From: Bacteroidia bacterium | GTDB taxonomy: Bacteria; Bacteroidota; Bacteroidia; J057 | DNA length: 64,000 nucleotides | Direction of reading: 5' to 3' | NCBI GenBank assembly: GCA_041391665.1 | Contig: JAWKNO010000003.1 | Location: 407,987-471,986 of the forward strand | Shown: one piece after another, positions 46,654 to 56,854 of the stretch | Layout: each line of letters opens with the position of its first letter | How positions within the stretch are numbered: the first letter of the stretch is position 1 | Translations under genes and position numbers: made by a program | The notes under the pieces: generated by a model | Databases searched by the model: none | What the model saw: the letters and a program-made list of their open reading frames with translations, nothing else | What the model was told of the DNA's origin: nothing

Positions 46654-48648
46654 ATGAAACAGTTTACACCAAGCTTCATACGAGCACTCTTACTATTAAC
46701 GCTAACTGCCCTGCTATGCCGACACTCTGCTCAGGCACAAAACTGGAGCGAAATCATCAAAGTCACCGCTTCCGACCGGGAAAGTGAGGATCGGTTCGGC
46801 TACTCGGTAGCCATCTCCGGGGACTACGCCATAGTAGGGGCTTATGAAGAAGATGAAGACGCCTTGGGCGGGAACACCCTTGACGGTGCCGGTTCGGCCT
46901 ACCTCTTTCACAACCAGGCCGGAACCTGGACCCAGGTGCAAAAGATTGTCGCCTCCGATCGGGATGCTGGGGATCGGTTCGGCTACTCGGTAGCTATCTC
47001 CGGTGACTATGCTGTGGTAGGGGCTTATAATGAAGATGAAGACGCCTTGGGCGGGAATTCCCAAACCAGTGCCGGTTCGGCCTATATCTTTCACAACCAG
47101 GCCGGTACCTGGACCCAGATGCAAAAGATTGTCGCCCCCGACCGAAAGGCTTTTGATTGGTTCGGCTACTCGGTAGCCATCTCGGGGGACTATGCCGTGG
47201 TGGGGGCTCAAAGAGAAGGTGATGACATCTTGAGTGGTAGTGCTATACTCAGTTCCGGTTCGGCCTACATCTTCTATAACCAGGCCGGAACCTGGACCCA
47301 GGTGCAAAAAATTGTCGCATCCGATCGGGCACCTTCAGATTTCTTCGGCTACTCGGTAGCCATCTCCGGGGACTATGTTGTGGTAGGGGCTGATAGCGAA
47401 GATGAAGATGCTTCTGGCGGGAATACCCTTGACCGTGCCGGTTCGGCATACCTCTTTTACAACCAGGCCGGGACCTGGACCCAGGTGCAAAAGATTGTCG
47501 CCTCCGATCGGGAAACTACAGATTTTTTCGGATCCTCGGTAGCCATCTCCGGGGACTATGTCTTGGTAGGGGCTTATAACGAAGATCAAGATGCCTTGGG
47601 CGGGAACACCCTTGACGGTGCCGGTTCGGCCTACCTCTTTCACAACCAGGCCGGAACCTGGACCCAGGTGCAAAAGATTGTCGCCTCCGATCGGGATGCT
47701 TTTGATTCTTTCGGATCCTCGGTAGCCATCTCCGGAGACTATGCCCTGGTAGGGGCTCCCCGGAAAGATGAATACACCTCGGGCGGGAATTCTCTCCCCA
47801 GTGCTGGATCAGCCTACATCTTTCACAACCAGGTCGGGATATGGACCCAGGTGCAAAAGATTAATGCCTCCGACCTAAACACTGAGGATCGGTTCGGCAT
47901 CTCAGTAGCTATCTCCGGGGACTATGCCTTGGTGGGAGCTCATCGGGAAGATGAAGACGCCTCGGGCGGGAATTCCTTATCCAATTCCGGTTCGGCTTAT
48001 TTTTGGGGGAAGTCCTGTACCAATACTGCCGGAACAGACCTCCAAACTGCTTGCGACAGCTACACCTGGATTGATGGTAATACCTATACGGCATCCAATA
48101 ACACAGCTACACATACACTAATCAATGCCGCAGGATGCGACAGTCTGGTAACGTTAGATTTGACAATAAACACAATAGATGTAAATGTAACCGACAGTAG
48201 CCCTACTCTGACAGCCAATGCTTTGGGAGCTACTTATCAGTGGCTGGATTGCGACAACGGCTATGCTGCTATTGCAGGAGCAACTAACCAATCCTTCCTC
48301 GCTACGGCTGATGGGAATTACGCTGTGGCGGTAACAGCCAATAATTGTACAGATACTTCGGCTTGTTACTCAGTAGTAATCACGGGCATTGTCGAAAATG
48401 GAAATACTGCTTTTGCCTCAGTTTATCCGAATCCAACCTCAGGCATACTAACCATTGACCTTGGCAACACGCCTCTCACGGGAGGCATCACCATAGAGTT
48501 GACCGATATGCTTGGCAGGGTGGTTATCCGAGATCAGGTATCTGTGCCTCATATTGAGGTGGACTTACGTAAGGAGGAAAATGGGGTGTATGTCATTCGC
48601 ATTATAACTGAAGCAGGCGCACATGCCTTACGCGTGATTAAGCAGTAA
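46654..48648 (+). CDS. seven-bladed FG-GAP (integrin-alpha-like) repeat protein with T9SS C-terminal sorting domain
   Basis: Signal MKQFTPSFIRALLLLTLTALLC. Seven copies of FG(Y/S)SVAISGDYAxVGA...GSAY(L/I)F.NQAGTWTQVQKI. CTD is ASVYPNPTSGILTIDL...GVYVIRI. Confidence 0.8.
   Translation: MKQFTPSFIRALLLLTLTALLCRHSAQAQNWSEIIKVTASDRESEDRFGYSVAISGDYAIVGAYEEDEDALGGNTLDGAGSAYLFHNQAGTWTQVQKIVASDRDAGDRFGYSVAISGDYAVVGAYNEDEDALGGNSQTSAGSAYIFHNQAGTWTQMQKIVAPDRKAFDWFGYSVAISGDYAVVGAQREGDDILSGSAILSSGSAYIFYNQAGTWTQVQKIVASDRAPSDFFGYSVAISGDYVVVGADSEDEDASGGNTLDRAGSAYLFYNQAGTWTQVQKIVASDRETTDFFGSSVAISGDYVLVGAYNEDQDALGGNTLDGAGSAYLFHNQAGTWTQVQKIVASDRDAFDSFGSSVAISGDYALVGAPRKDEYTSGGNSLPSAGSAYIFHNQVGIWTQVQKINASDLNTEDRFGISVAISGDYALVGAHREDEDASGGNSLSNSGSAYFWGKSCTNTAGTDLQTACDSYTWIDGNTYTASNNTATHTLINAAGCDSLVTLDLTINTIDVNVTDSSPTLTANALGATYQWLDCDNGYAAIAGATNQSFLATADGNYAVAVTANNCTDTSACYSVVITGIVENGNTAFASVYPNPTSGILTIDLGNTPLTGGITIELTDMLGRVVIRDQVSVPHIEVDLRKEENGVYVIRIITEAGAHALRVIKQ
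46744..48005 (+). repeat. intragenic tandem repeats, period ~183 nt, x7
   Basis: One 108-nt stretch is identical at 46861-46968 and 47593-47700 by hand comparison. Confidence 0.85.
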
Positions 48649-48767
48649 ACAATCACCATTAAAACCAAATTAAGTAGAGAACCAGATGGGATTCATGCAT
48701 AAAAACCTGCGAGTTATAAACTGAGTTTTTTTAACCACGAAAGGGGAATCAAAAAAGTAAAGTCTGG

Positions 48768-50591
48768 TTAACCCCTCACCACATTCAATACCACCATCTG
48801 CGTCAGCAGCCCTCCCGCTGATTGCCTGCCCGATATGGGAAATCGCATGGATTTTCCTTCCCTGATAACGTCCAGTACAACCTGGGCCTTGTCTGATTTG
48901 CCAAGGATAGATGAAATTTCGGAAGGCTCATTTACCCTGATGCCATCCAGAGCAACGATGACATCCCCGACTTTTATGCCTGATTTTTCGAGGTTTCCAC
49001 CTTCGTCTGTACCCAATACCATAATCCCCAGACTGCCCTGATAGGTTGCCGGGTTTTCAATCCTGTAGATGGAAACACGGGCATATAACTGCTGAAGCGG
49101 GCTCAATTCTGTGTTTTTCAACGCCTGTCGAAAATAATAAGCCGATGCCTGTCCATCACATTCGATAAACGAAAAGGCCGCTCTCTCAAACAACTCCGCC
49201 GGATCTGTAATGCTGTTGTCTAAAGTCTGTTTTTTCAGGTTTTCATACTCTCCCTCCGTAAGGCTGTCAGGTAGTCCGGTAAGTTTGCGCAGGTAAACCA
49301 GGTAGGGATCGGTGATCTGTCGTTTGATTTCGCGTTTTTGGGCATCTTCCATTATTCCGGTTTCTCTACTTAGCAATTCTGTTTTCTGCTGGTAAAGGGT
49401 AGAGAGAACCTGATTCCATTCCTGAAACGTAAGTTTACCCTCTGGAAGTGGCAGGTCGAGCTGAAGTGCGCGGAACTGATCTTCAGGGAAACCGGGATCC
49501 GCTTCGGGCAACTGGATGTACTTCAGGGTAGCTTCAACCAATGCCCGTTTACCTTCCACGATTTTCATGTCCCGGAAATATTTTGCCCTCGCGGCTCTTT
49601 CTGTGTCGCTGATATGATCCAATCGCTGGAGATACAGCAATTGGTCCTGATACTCCGAGATTTGCATGTCAATGTCCTCGAAAAACCGATAGACAAAATC
49701 AACGCCTTCCTTGACTTTAGGCTGAAAAACCAGATCTTTATTCAGCACTTCGTACTGTCGGCGGTTGATAGGCCACTTTCTTCGGTACATTTGGATATTT
49801 TCCTCGTACTGGCGAAAGCTATGAAGTGCACGCTGCTGAAAGCCTTCTTCAATTTCATTGATTTTTTTGGTGCCCCAATATGGCGCTGGATTATCTTCTT
49901 CCAACATCCAAAGCAGGGAACTATAGTTAGAGAAGAGATTCTTCATTTCTTCATGGATAGAGTTCCATGCACCCTGAAAATGCTCATCGGCTCCTGGATT
50001 AATAATAAGATCTCTACCAGAATTATATTGGTTTCCAATATAAGTGCTCCCCCCCACAAACAACCCGATTACCAGCCCTATCAGACCTGTTCTCTTTTGA
50101 TTTGAAGCAAATCGCCGAACGCTGGACCATAAAGTTCCTGACCTCCTGGAAACCGGATTTCCACGGACAATGGACACGATTTTTTCTACAATTTCTTCTG
50201 TTGGTAGTTCCGAGGAAATGGCAAACCGGTCTGCCATCATGGGTGAAGATTTTCTTACTTCACTTTCTGTTACGCCATGCCAGATAGGAATAATTCTGGA
50301 CTGACCTACCGTTTCAACTCCGTAAAATGCCGCATATTCATCTCTCGTCCATTTATGCTCTAAATAGGCTAGACTGATAATCGCCACACAATATGCTGAC
50401 CGAGAAATAGCTGCATCAATCTCCCCCATTAGCTTATTCCCAGGTTTTAGTTTATATCCTGAATACCAAACCTTTAGGTCAGTTTGTGATAATGCCTCTA
50501 CAAATGCTTCTGTAAAATGCTGCTTATCTTCTACTGCGTGAGAGATAAATACATCGAACTCAAATTTCTCTTCCCGAAACGGATTTTTCAT
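48768..50591 (-). CDS. TIR domain - TM helix - long helical region - PDZ domain protein
   Basis: TIR is FDVFISHAVEDK...KVWY...CVAIIS...KWTRDEY (a W-x3-E catalytic-type Glu is present). TM helix is GLIGLVIGLFVGGSTYI after RR/KR. C-terminal PDZ-like segment is GIMVLG...GIKVGDVIVALDGIRV. The start is set at the internal MKNPF. Confidence 0.75.
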   Translation of the reverse strand: MKNPFREEKFEFDVFISHAVEDKQHFTEAFVEALSQTDLKVWYSGYKLKPGNKLMGEIDAAISRSAYCVAIISLAYLEHKWTRDEYAAFYGVETVGQSRIIPIWHGVTESEVRKSSPMMADRFAISSELPTEEIVEKIVSIVRGNPVSRRSGTLWSSVRRFASNQKRTGLIGLVIGLFVGGSTYIGNQYNSGRDLIINPGADEHFQGAWNSIHEEMKNLFSNYSSLLWMLEEDNPAPYWGTKKINEIEEGFQQRALHSFRQYEENIQMYRRKWPINRRQYEVLNKDLVFQPKVKEGVDFVYRFFEDIDMQISEYQDQLLYLQRLDHISDTERAARAKYFRDMKIVEGKRALVEATLKYIQLPEADPGFPEDQFRALQLDLPLPEGKLTFQEWNQVLSTLYQQKTELLSRETGIMEDAQKREIKRQITDPYLVYLRKLTGLPDSLTEGEYENLKKQTLDNSITDPAELFERAAFSFIECDGQASAYYFRQALKNTELSPLQQLYARVSIYRIENPATYQGSLGIMVLGTDEGGNLEKSGIKVGDVIVALDGIRVNEPSEISSILGKSDKAQVVLDVIREGKSMRFPISGRQSAGGLLTQMVVLNVVRG

Positions 50592-50800
50592 ATTAATAAA
50601 GACTTTCTCAAAGCAGAAGATGCTTCTAAAAATAGTTTTTTTTGAGAAAACAGCCAAAGCCCAACCAGCTACCTACAACAAAAAATGCGATCCCGCTAAC
50701 AGAATTGATTATCTTTACCTGATACGGTTGAACAACAGGCTCTGATAACCGTTAACTATTTCCTGTCTCATTCCTATTACTTATCGCTTAAAAATACAAA

Positions 50801-53800
50801 ATGATCATCCACCCATTTTTTAAAGTAGGTTTACTTTCTCTGCTGCTGTGTATTACAGCAACAACCTTTGGGCAAATCGTCAATGTCGGCAGTGGGAGTT
50901 ATACCCAAACTTTCCCCGGAACCGATGCCGCCGGAAGAAATACCTTTCCTTCCGGTACGCCTTTTACCATAGGGGTTGCTGCTACGAAACCTACACCAAC
51001 CAATGACTGGTGGTCTCATAAAGTAAAAAATAGCCATTCCGACAATTTATTCAACTATCCCTTTACGATGAAAACGGTCAATTCGGGTCTCGTCGTATCG
51101 TATATTCCCTGGGGTGTGATCGATAATATTGAGCCTGTGATTGTGGGGGTTACCGGGTTAAACGCTTCGGCAGCAAATGTTTCCGACTTCACAGATTGGA
51201 CCGTTTCCATAGACTGGAGTAGTGGAGCCAACAATTTCCAGGCGAAATCGGGCATCGGAATGCCTTTTATCTATTTTTCAAAAGGTACCAATGACGTAGC
51301 ACGGGTTACCGTCAACCAGGGAACAGTAACGATTTCAAATGAAATGCTGATCATCGTCGATGCGCGAAATGGGGCAGACTTCGCTGTTTACGCGCCAATG
51401 GGAAGTGTTTGGTCGCAAAATGGCAATACGTACACTTCTACTTTAAATGGTCAAAATTACTGGTCATTAGGGTTTATCCCGCTAAACGCCTCAAACGTTA
51501 CTTCCACCGCAAATGCCTATAAAAAATACGCTTACGTTTTCCCGGCAAACACAAAGACTGACTGGTCTTATGATGAAACATCTTCCGTAGTCACCACCAA
51601 TTTTACGGTTGAAACAGAGGTAAAAGAAGGGACAGATAGTACGATGCTTTTGGGTTTGCTCCCACACCAATGGGCAAACTTAGCGCCTGGTGCTCCAGGA
51701 CTAACCCCATACACTTACAATACAGTCAGAGGCCAGATGAAAATGCTGGACGGCAATAGCTTTACCGTCGAAAATACTTTTTACGGTATTTTACCCACCC
51801 TCCCTTATCTCGATTATTACAGCCCGGGTTTTAGTCCGGCGCAATTAAATGAAAAAGTAAAACTGCTGCAAAATGACGGCCTGAACAGCTGGACAGACTC
51901 CTACAACGAAGGGCAGGAAATGAATCGACTGATTCAGACTGCCAGAGTAGCCCAGCTTTCCGGCGACACCGTTGCTTTACAAAAGCTACTGACCACCGTC
52001 AAAGCGCGGCTGGAAGACTGGCTGAAAGTCAACGGTGGCGAAGTCGCTTTTTTATTCTATTACAATCAAACCTGGTCTGCCATGATCGGCTATCCCGCAG
52101 GCCACGGACAGGACGGCAATATCAACGACCACCACTTTCACTGGGGGTATTTTATTCATGCTGCTTCCTTTATAGAGCAATTTGAGCCCGGTTGGGCAGC
52201 CCAGTGGGGGGATATGATCAATCTATTGGTGAGGGATGCTGCCAGCCCAAACCGACAGGATAATCTGTTTCCTTTCCTGCGAAACTTCAGCCCTTACGCA
52301 GGTCACTGCTGGGCAAATGGTTTTGCTTCTTTCCCGCAGGGCAACGATCAGGAATCAACCTCTGAAAGTATGCAATTTAATTCCTCGCTCATCCATTGGG
52401 GAGAAATTACCGGCAACGATTCCATCAGAGATTTGGGCATTTACCTATATACCACCGAGCAATCCGCCGTTGAAGAATATTGGTTTGATAAATACAACCG
52501 CAACTTTGCCCCCCCCCATCCCTACAGTCTGGTGTCCAGAGTCTGGGGCAACAGCTATGATAATGGTACGTTTTGGACCAACGACATTGCCGCATCTTAT
52601 GGCATCGAATTATACCCGATACATGGGGGGTCGCTGTATTTGGGCCATGACACAACCTATGTCAACCAGCTCTGGAACGAAATTGCGCAAAATACCGGCA
52701 TTTTGACCAACGCACCCAACGTCAACCTATGGCATGATATCATGTGGGAATACCTGGCGTTTGTCAACCCTGAGAAAGCCATTGAGTTGTACGACTCATA
52801 TCCCGAGCGTTCGCTGAAATTTGGTGTCTCTGATGCGCAAACCTATCACTGGCTGCATAGTATGAATGTTTTAGGGAATGTTGATGTTTCCCTTACAGCC
52901 AACCATCCGCTGGCAGTAGCTTTTAATAAAAACGGCGCAAAAACTTATGTTGGCCAAAACTATGGCATGGATACGATCAGCGTAACTTTCTCTGATGGAT
53001 ATATATTGAAAGTACCGCCGCGAACCCTGGCCACAAGCAGAGATATCGCCATAAAAGGTGTTTTGACTTCCAGTTTCCCGGAAGCTTATCCGGGCGGAAG
53101 TGTAGATTTGACAACCGTAGTCAGCGGCGGAACAGCAACAAAGGTTGAATTTTATGATGGGAATGTTTTAGTAGGGCAAACAGCATCGGCGCCTTTTGTG
53201 GTTACCGCAGCAAATTTGAGCGTAGGAAGGCACAATTTTTATGCGAAGGTATATAACGATACGCTGTTTAATCTCACCAATATCGTAACGGTGATCGTCG
53301 GTGAGCAGCGCCCTTATTCCGGATCACCCATTACCATCCCCGGTACATTTCAGGCAGCGCACTATGATATCTTTGAGGGCGGTGTGGGGAATGGAATCGC
53401 TTATCAGGATGCTTCAATTATCAATGAAGGTAATTTCAGGTTAAATGAATATGTAGATGCAGAAACCAAGGCTTCCGAAGGTGACATTGTCGGCTGGATC
53501 GTTGCCGGCGAATGGCTGGAATATACAGTTGATGTCCAACAGGCAGGAAATTACAATCTGACATTCCGGTATGCCTGTGGCAATAGTGCCGGCGGCGGGC
53601 CCCTACGTATTGAATCAGATGGACTGGTCGTAAAATCGGGGATTACGGTTACCTCTTCAGGCGGATGGAACAACTGGTCAAATAAATCCGTTACAGGAAT
53701 CCCGCTCAAAAGCGGTAAACAAGTTCTGAGAATATATTTTGAAAATGGCGAGTTGAATGTGGGAAAATTCACCTTTACCTATGCTTCGCCATTGACCTAT

Positions 53801-54910
53801 AGCCAGCCGGTTGCAGACGCCGGGGCAAATCAAATCATTGTTCTGCCACAAAGTACGGCAACCCTCGACGGTAGCGCAAGTACCGACCCCAATGGCGGAA
53901 CACTCAACTACAACTGGACGCAGGTATATGGCCCCTCAACCCTGTCATTTTCAAATTCCCAGACGGCTCAGTCCACGATTTCATCATTAGTTGAAGGTGT
54001 TTACCTGATGAAACTGAAAGTGGATAACGGTAGTTATACCGATGAGGATGAAGTATATATTATTTCAAGCCTTACGCCGAATGTTGCGCCTACGGTGGCA
54101 CTGCTTTCTCCATTGGACAACTCGGTATACATCGAAGGGGAAATGATTGATATTACTGCATTGGCTGCTGATTTGAATGATAGCATTCAAATGGTCAAAT
54201 TCTATTCTGACGGAACAGAGCTGGCAACCATTACCCAGGCACCTTATACGCTTTCGTGGACTTCAATCCCCGGGATTTACAGTTTGACGGCTGTTGCATT
54301 TGATCATAATAATGATTCGACGATTTCCAATGTCGTACAGGTAGAATTTACCCCCGCACCCTCTTGCAACGGCGTGTCATGGAATGGCGATTTTGCTTAT
54401 GAATTTTCAGATGCAGACAATAATCCCACCATTACATTTATTTCCAACCAGCCAGGAGTAGGCACACCCACCTGCATTTTGTACTATGGCACTGACCCCG
54501 GCAATATGCCCGGTTATGGCGTAACGAGGAATGTTCCGTTTCAGATCAATGCAACAAAAGGCACGAAAATTTATTTCTATTATACCTACTCTTTCCCTGG
54601 CGCAGTAGAAAAAAATAACGCCGACCACAAAGATACCTATGTCATAGGAAGCTGTAAAACGGTTTCGATCCGCGACTTTGAAACGATGAATTTGAAATAT
54701 TACCCTAACCCGGTTACCGATATTTTGAATATTGAATTGCCTAATGGCGTAAATGAAATCTCCGTTCATGACCTTACAGGCCGGTTGATTTATACCACCA
54801 CCGTTGCCGAAAATCATTTTAAATACGATATGCGGGAATGTGCCTCTTCTGTTTATTTTATTACGGTGATTAATGATCACAAAAAAGCAGTGTTGAAAGT
54901 GGTGAAGTAA
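50801..54910 (+). CDS. multidomain GH81 endo-beta-1,3-glucanase with CBM-like, PKD/Ig-like modules and T9SS CTD
   Basis: GH81 signatures NDHHFHWGYF and the ESTSES catalytic region. CBM6-like GEWLEYTVDV...YNLTFRYA and a PKD-like ADAGANQ... segment. CTD is LKYYPNPVTDILNIEL. Confidence 0.85.
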   Translation: MIIHPFFKVGLLSLLLCITATTFGQIVNVGSGSYTQTFPGTDAAGRNTFPSGTPFTIGVAATKPTPTNDWWSHKVKNSHSDNLFNYPFTMKTVNSGLVVSYIPWGVIDNIEPVIVGVTGLNASAANVSDFTDWTVSIDWSSGANNFQAKSGIGMPFIYFSKGTNDVARVTVNQGTVTISNEMLIIVDARNGADFAVYAPMGSVWSQNGNTYTSTLNGQNYWSLGFIPLNASNVTSTANAYKKYAYVFPANTKTDWSYDETSSVVTTNFTVETEVKEGTDSTMLLGLLPHQWANLAPGAPGLTPYTYNTVRGQMKMLDGNSFTVENTFYGILPTLPYLDYYSPGFSPAQLNEKVKLLQNDGLNSWTDSYNEGQEMNRLIQTARVAQLSGDTVALQKLLTTVKARLEDWLKVNGGEVAFLFYYNQTWSAMIGYPAGHGQDGNINDHHFHWGYFIHAASFIEQFEPGWAAQWGDMINLLVRDAASPNRQDNLFPFLRNFSPYAGHCWANGFASFPQGNDQESTSESMQFNSSLIHWGEITGNDSIRDLGIYLYTTEQSAVEEYWFDKYNRNFAPPHPYSLVSRVWGNSYDNGTFWTNDIAASYGIELYPIHGGSLYLGHDTTYVNQLWNEIAQNTGILTNAPNVNLWHDIMWEYLAFVNPEKAIELYDSYPERSLKFGVSDAQTYHWLHSMNVLGNVDVSLTANHPLAVAFNKNGAKTYVGQNYGMDTISVTFSDGYILKVPPRTLATSRDIAIKGVLTSSFPEAYPGGSVDLTTVVSGGTATKVEFYDGNVLVGQTASAPFVVTAANLSVGRHNFYAKVYNDTLFNLTNIVTVIVGEQRPYSGSPITIPGTFQAAHYDIFEGGVGNGIAYQDASIINEGNFRLNEYVDAETKASEGDIVGWIVAGEWLEYTVDVQQAGNYNLTFRYACGNSAGGGPLRIESDGLVVKSGITVTSSGGWNNWSNKSVTGIPLKSGKQVLRIYFENGELNVGKFTFTYASPLTYSQPVADAGANQIIVLPQSTATLDGSASTDPNGGTLNYNWTQVYGPSTLSFSNSQTAQSTISSLVEGVYLMKLKVDNGSYTDEDEVYIISSLTPNVAPTVALLSPLDNSVYIEGEMIDITALAADLNDSIQMVKFYSDGTELATITQAPYTLSWTSIPGIYSLTAVAFDHNNDSTISNVVQVEFTPAPSCNGVSWNGDFAYEFSDADNNPTITFISNQPGVGTPTCILYYGTDPGNMPGYGVTRNVPFQINATKGTKIYFYYTYSFPGAVEKNNADHKDTYVIGSCKTVSIRDFETMNLKYYPNPVTDILNIELPNGVNEISVHDLTGRLIYTTTVAENHFKYDMRECASSVYFITVINDHKKAVLKVVK

Positions 54911-54966
54911 TTGGACCCCGATTTTACCAGCTATAAAATTTTCCATTTTCACGCTATCTTTGCGTC

Positions 54967-56838
54967 ATGAAAAAGAAGGTCGAAATTTTAGCTCCTGCTA
55001 AGAACCTTTACCAGGGTATGGCAGCGATCAATGCCGGTGCTGATGCCGTTTATATCGGTGCGCCTCAATTCGGTGCCCGCACCAATGCCGCCAATTCGGT
55101 AGAGGACATTGCCGAATTGGTCCGGTACGCACACCTATTCAAGGCTCAGGTCTTTGTGGTGCTGAATACCATTCTTTATCAGAATGAACTCGAAATCTGT
55201 GAAAAACTCATTCACGAGTTATACGACATTGGTGTGGATGCACTTATCGTGCAGGACATGGGCATTCTGGAAATGAACCTGCCGCCTATCGTCATTCATG
55301 CGAGTACGCAGGCCAACAATCGCGATCCTAAGCACATCAAATTCCTCCACGACGCTGGAATGAAACGAGTAGTGCTGGCGCGGGAGCTAAACCTCGATCA
55401 GATCAGGGAAATCCGCGAAGCGACCGATGTGGAGTTGGAGTTTTTTGTTTCAGGCGCGCTCTGTGTTTCGTTTAGCGGCAATTGTTATATGAGTGTGGCA
55501 AATGGCGAACGCAGTGCCAACCGGGGTTCCTGCGCACAAAATTGCCGGCTGCCCTACAACCTGATCGATGGCACGGGAAAAACCCTGTTGACAGAAACGC
55601 ATTTGCTCTCGATCAAGGATTTGAATCTGAGCGACCGGCTGCCGGAGTTGATTGAAGCGGGGGTAACTTCTTTCAAAATAGAAGGGAGATTGAAAGACAT
55701 CGTCTATGTCAAAAACAATGTCTCTTACCTGAGAAAGCGGCTGGATACTTTTCTCGCAGGTAGCGATACCTATGAAAAAGCCTCTTCCGGGCGCACTTTT
55801 TACAATTTCGATGCAGAAATGGACAAAAGTTTTAACCGGGGCTATACCGACTATTTTGTCAATAAAAGGGTGAAAAAAATTGGCTCCTGGGAAACCCCCA
55901 AATCACAGGGCCAGTTTATCGGCAAACTGCTGGAAGTAAAAGCCAATGGCTATGTCATTGAAAATCAGGAATTGTTGAATAATGGCGACGGGCTCTACTT
56001 TGTAAATGAAGAAGGAAAGGCTGATGGCGATCGCGTCAATGTCATTGCGAATGGCCTGGTCATTCCCAACACATTCCGGCCACTTCCTGTGGGAACTTTG
56101 ATTTACCGAAACGCTGATGCAGCTTTTAATAAGCTCGTAGAAAGAGAAGACAGCGCCATTCGCAAAATCGGCGTAGCCCTGAACTTCTCAGAAAGCGCCA
56201 CTGGTTTTATCCTGACAGCCACAGATGAAGACGGTCATGTGAGCACAGCGGCCCTCGAAGGGGAAAAAGATCTGACCAAAAACGGAGAATCCATTATCCC
56301 CAATATCAAAAAGAACCTTTCCAAAGCAGGGAATACGCCTTTTATTGTCGATGATATTCAAATCCATTTTTCCAACAATTGGTTTCTGCCCATTTCCAAA
56401 ATCAACGATATCAGGCGGACGGTATTGGAGCAATTGGTGGACATCAGGATCAAAGAATACCATCGGGAAGAATTTCAAATCACGAAAACAGACCACCCCT
56501 ACCCCATTTCCGAGCTGGACTTCACCCACAACGTATCAAACAAACTGGCGCGGCAATTTTACGAAAGACATGGCGTCACCCAGATTGAGAAAGCCTTTGA
56601 ATTGCAATGGGACCCAGGCAAGTCGCGGGTGATGACAACCAAGTACTGCGTCAAATATGAGTTGGGCAAATGCCCGCGTTTTCAACGGGCCACCATGGGC
56701 GAGAAGGTCGTGGAGCCATTGGTGCTCAAGCATGGAGAAGTGGAGTACAAGCTGAAGTTTAACTGCAAGCCCTGTGAGATGGAGATTTGGGAGAAAGATG
56801 CAGAGTTTGAGATTGAGGAGGAAGGGATTTGGGATTGA
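54967..56838 (+). CDS. U32 family peptidase (long form)
   Basis: ILAPAKN start and U32 signature E-x-F-x2-G-A-L-C-x-S-x-S-G-x-C (EFFVSGALCVSFSGNC). Confidence 0.85.
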   Translation: MKKKVEILAPAKNLYQGMAAINAGADAVYIGAPQFGARTNAANSVEDIAELVRYAHLFKAQVFVVLNTILYQNELEICEKLIHELYDIGVDALIVQDMGILEMNLPPIVIHASTQANNRDPKHIKFLHDAGMKRVVLARELNLDQIREIREATDVELEFFVSGALCVSFSGNCYMSVANGERSANRGSCAQNCRLPYNLIDGTGKTLLTETHLLSIKDLNLSDRLPELIEAGVTSFKIEGRLKDIVYVKNNVSYLRKRLDTFLAGSDTYEKASSGRTFYNFDAEMDKSFNRGYTDYFVNKRVKKIGSWETPKSQGQFIGKLLEVKANGYVIENQELLNNGDGLYFVNEEGKADGDRVNVIANGLVIPNTFRPLPVGTLIYRNADAAFNKLVEREDSAIRKIGVALNFSESATGFILTATDEDGHVSTAALEGEKDLTKNGESIIPNIKKNLSKAGNTPFIVDDIQIHFSNNWFLPISKINDIRRTVLEQLVDIRIKEYHREEFQITKTDHPYPISELDFTHNVSNKLARQFYERHGVTQIEKAFELQWDPGKSRVMTTKYCVKYELGKCPRFQRATMGEKVVEPLVLKHGEVEYKLKFNCKPCEMEIWEKDAEFEIEEEGIWD

Positions 56839-56854
56839 GACAAGCAGTGAAAAG

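Noticed and set aside
48768-50591. Calling the TIR protein a Thoeris ThsB
   Set aside because: No ThsA-like (SIR2/SLOG or TM-Macro) gene is adjacent. The TM plus PDZ architecture is also not the ThsB layout.
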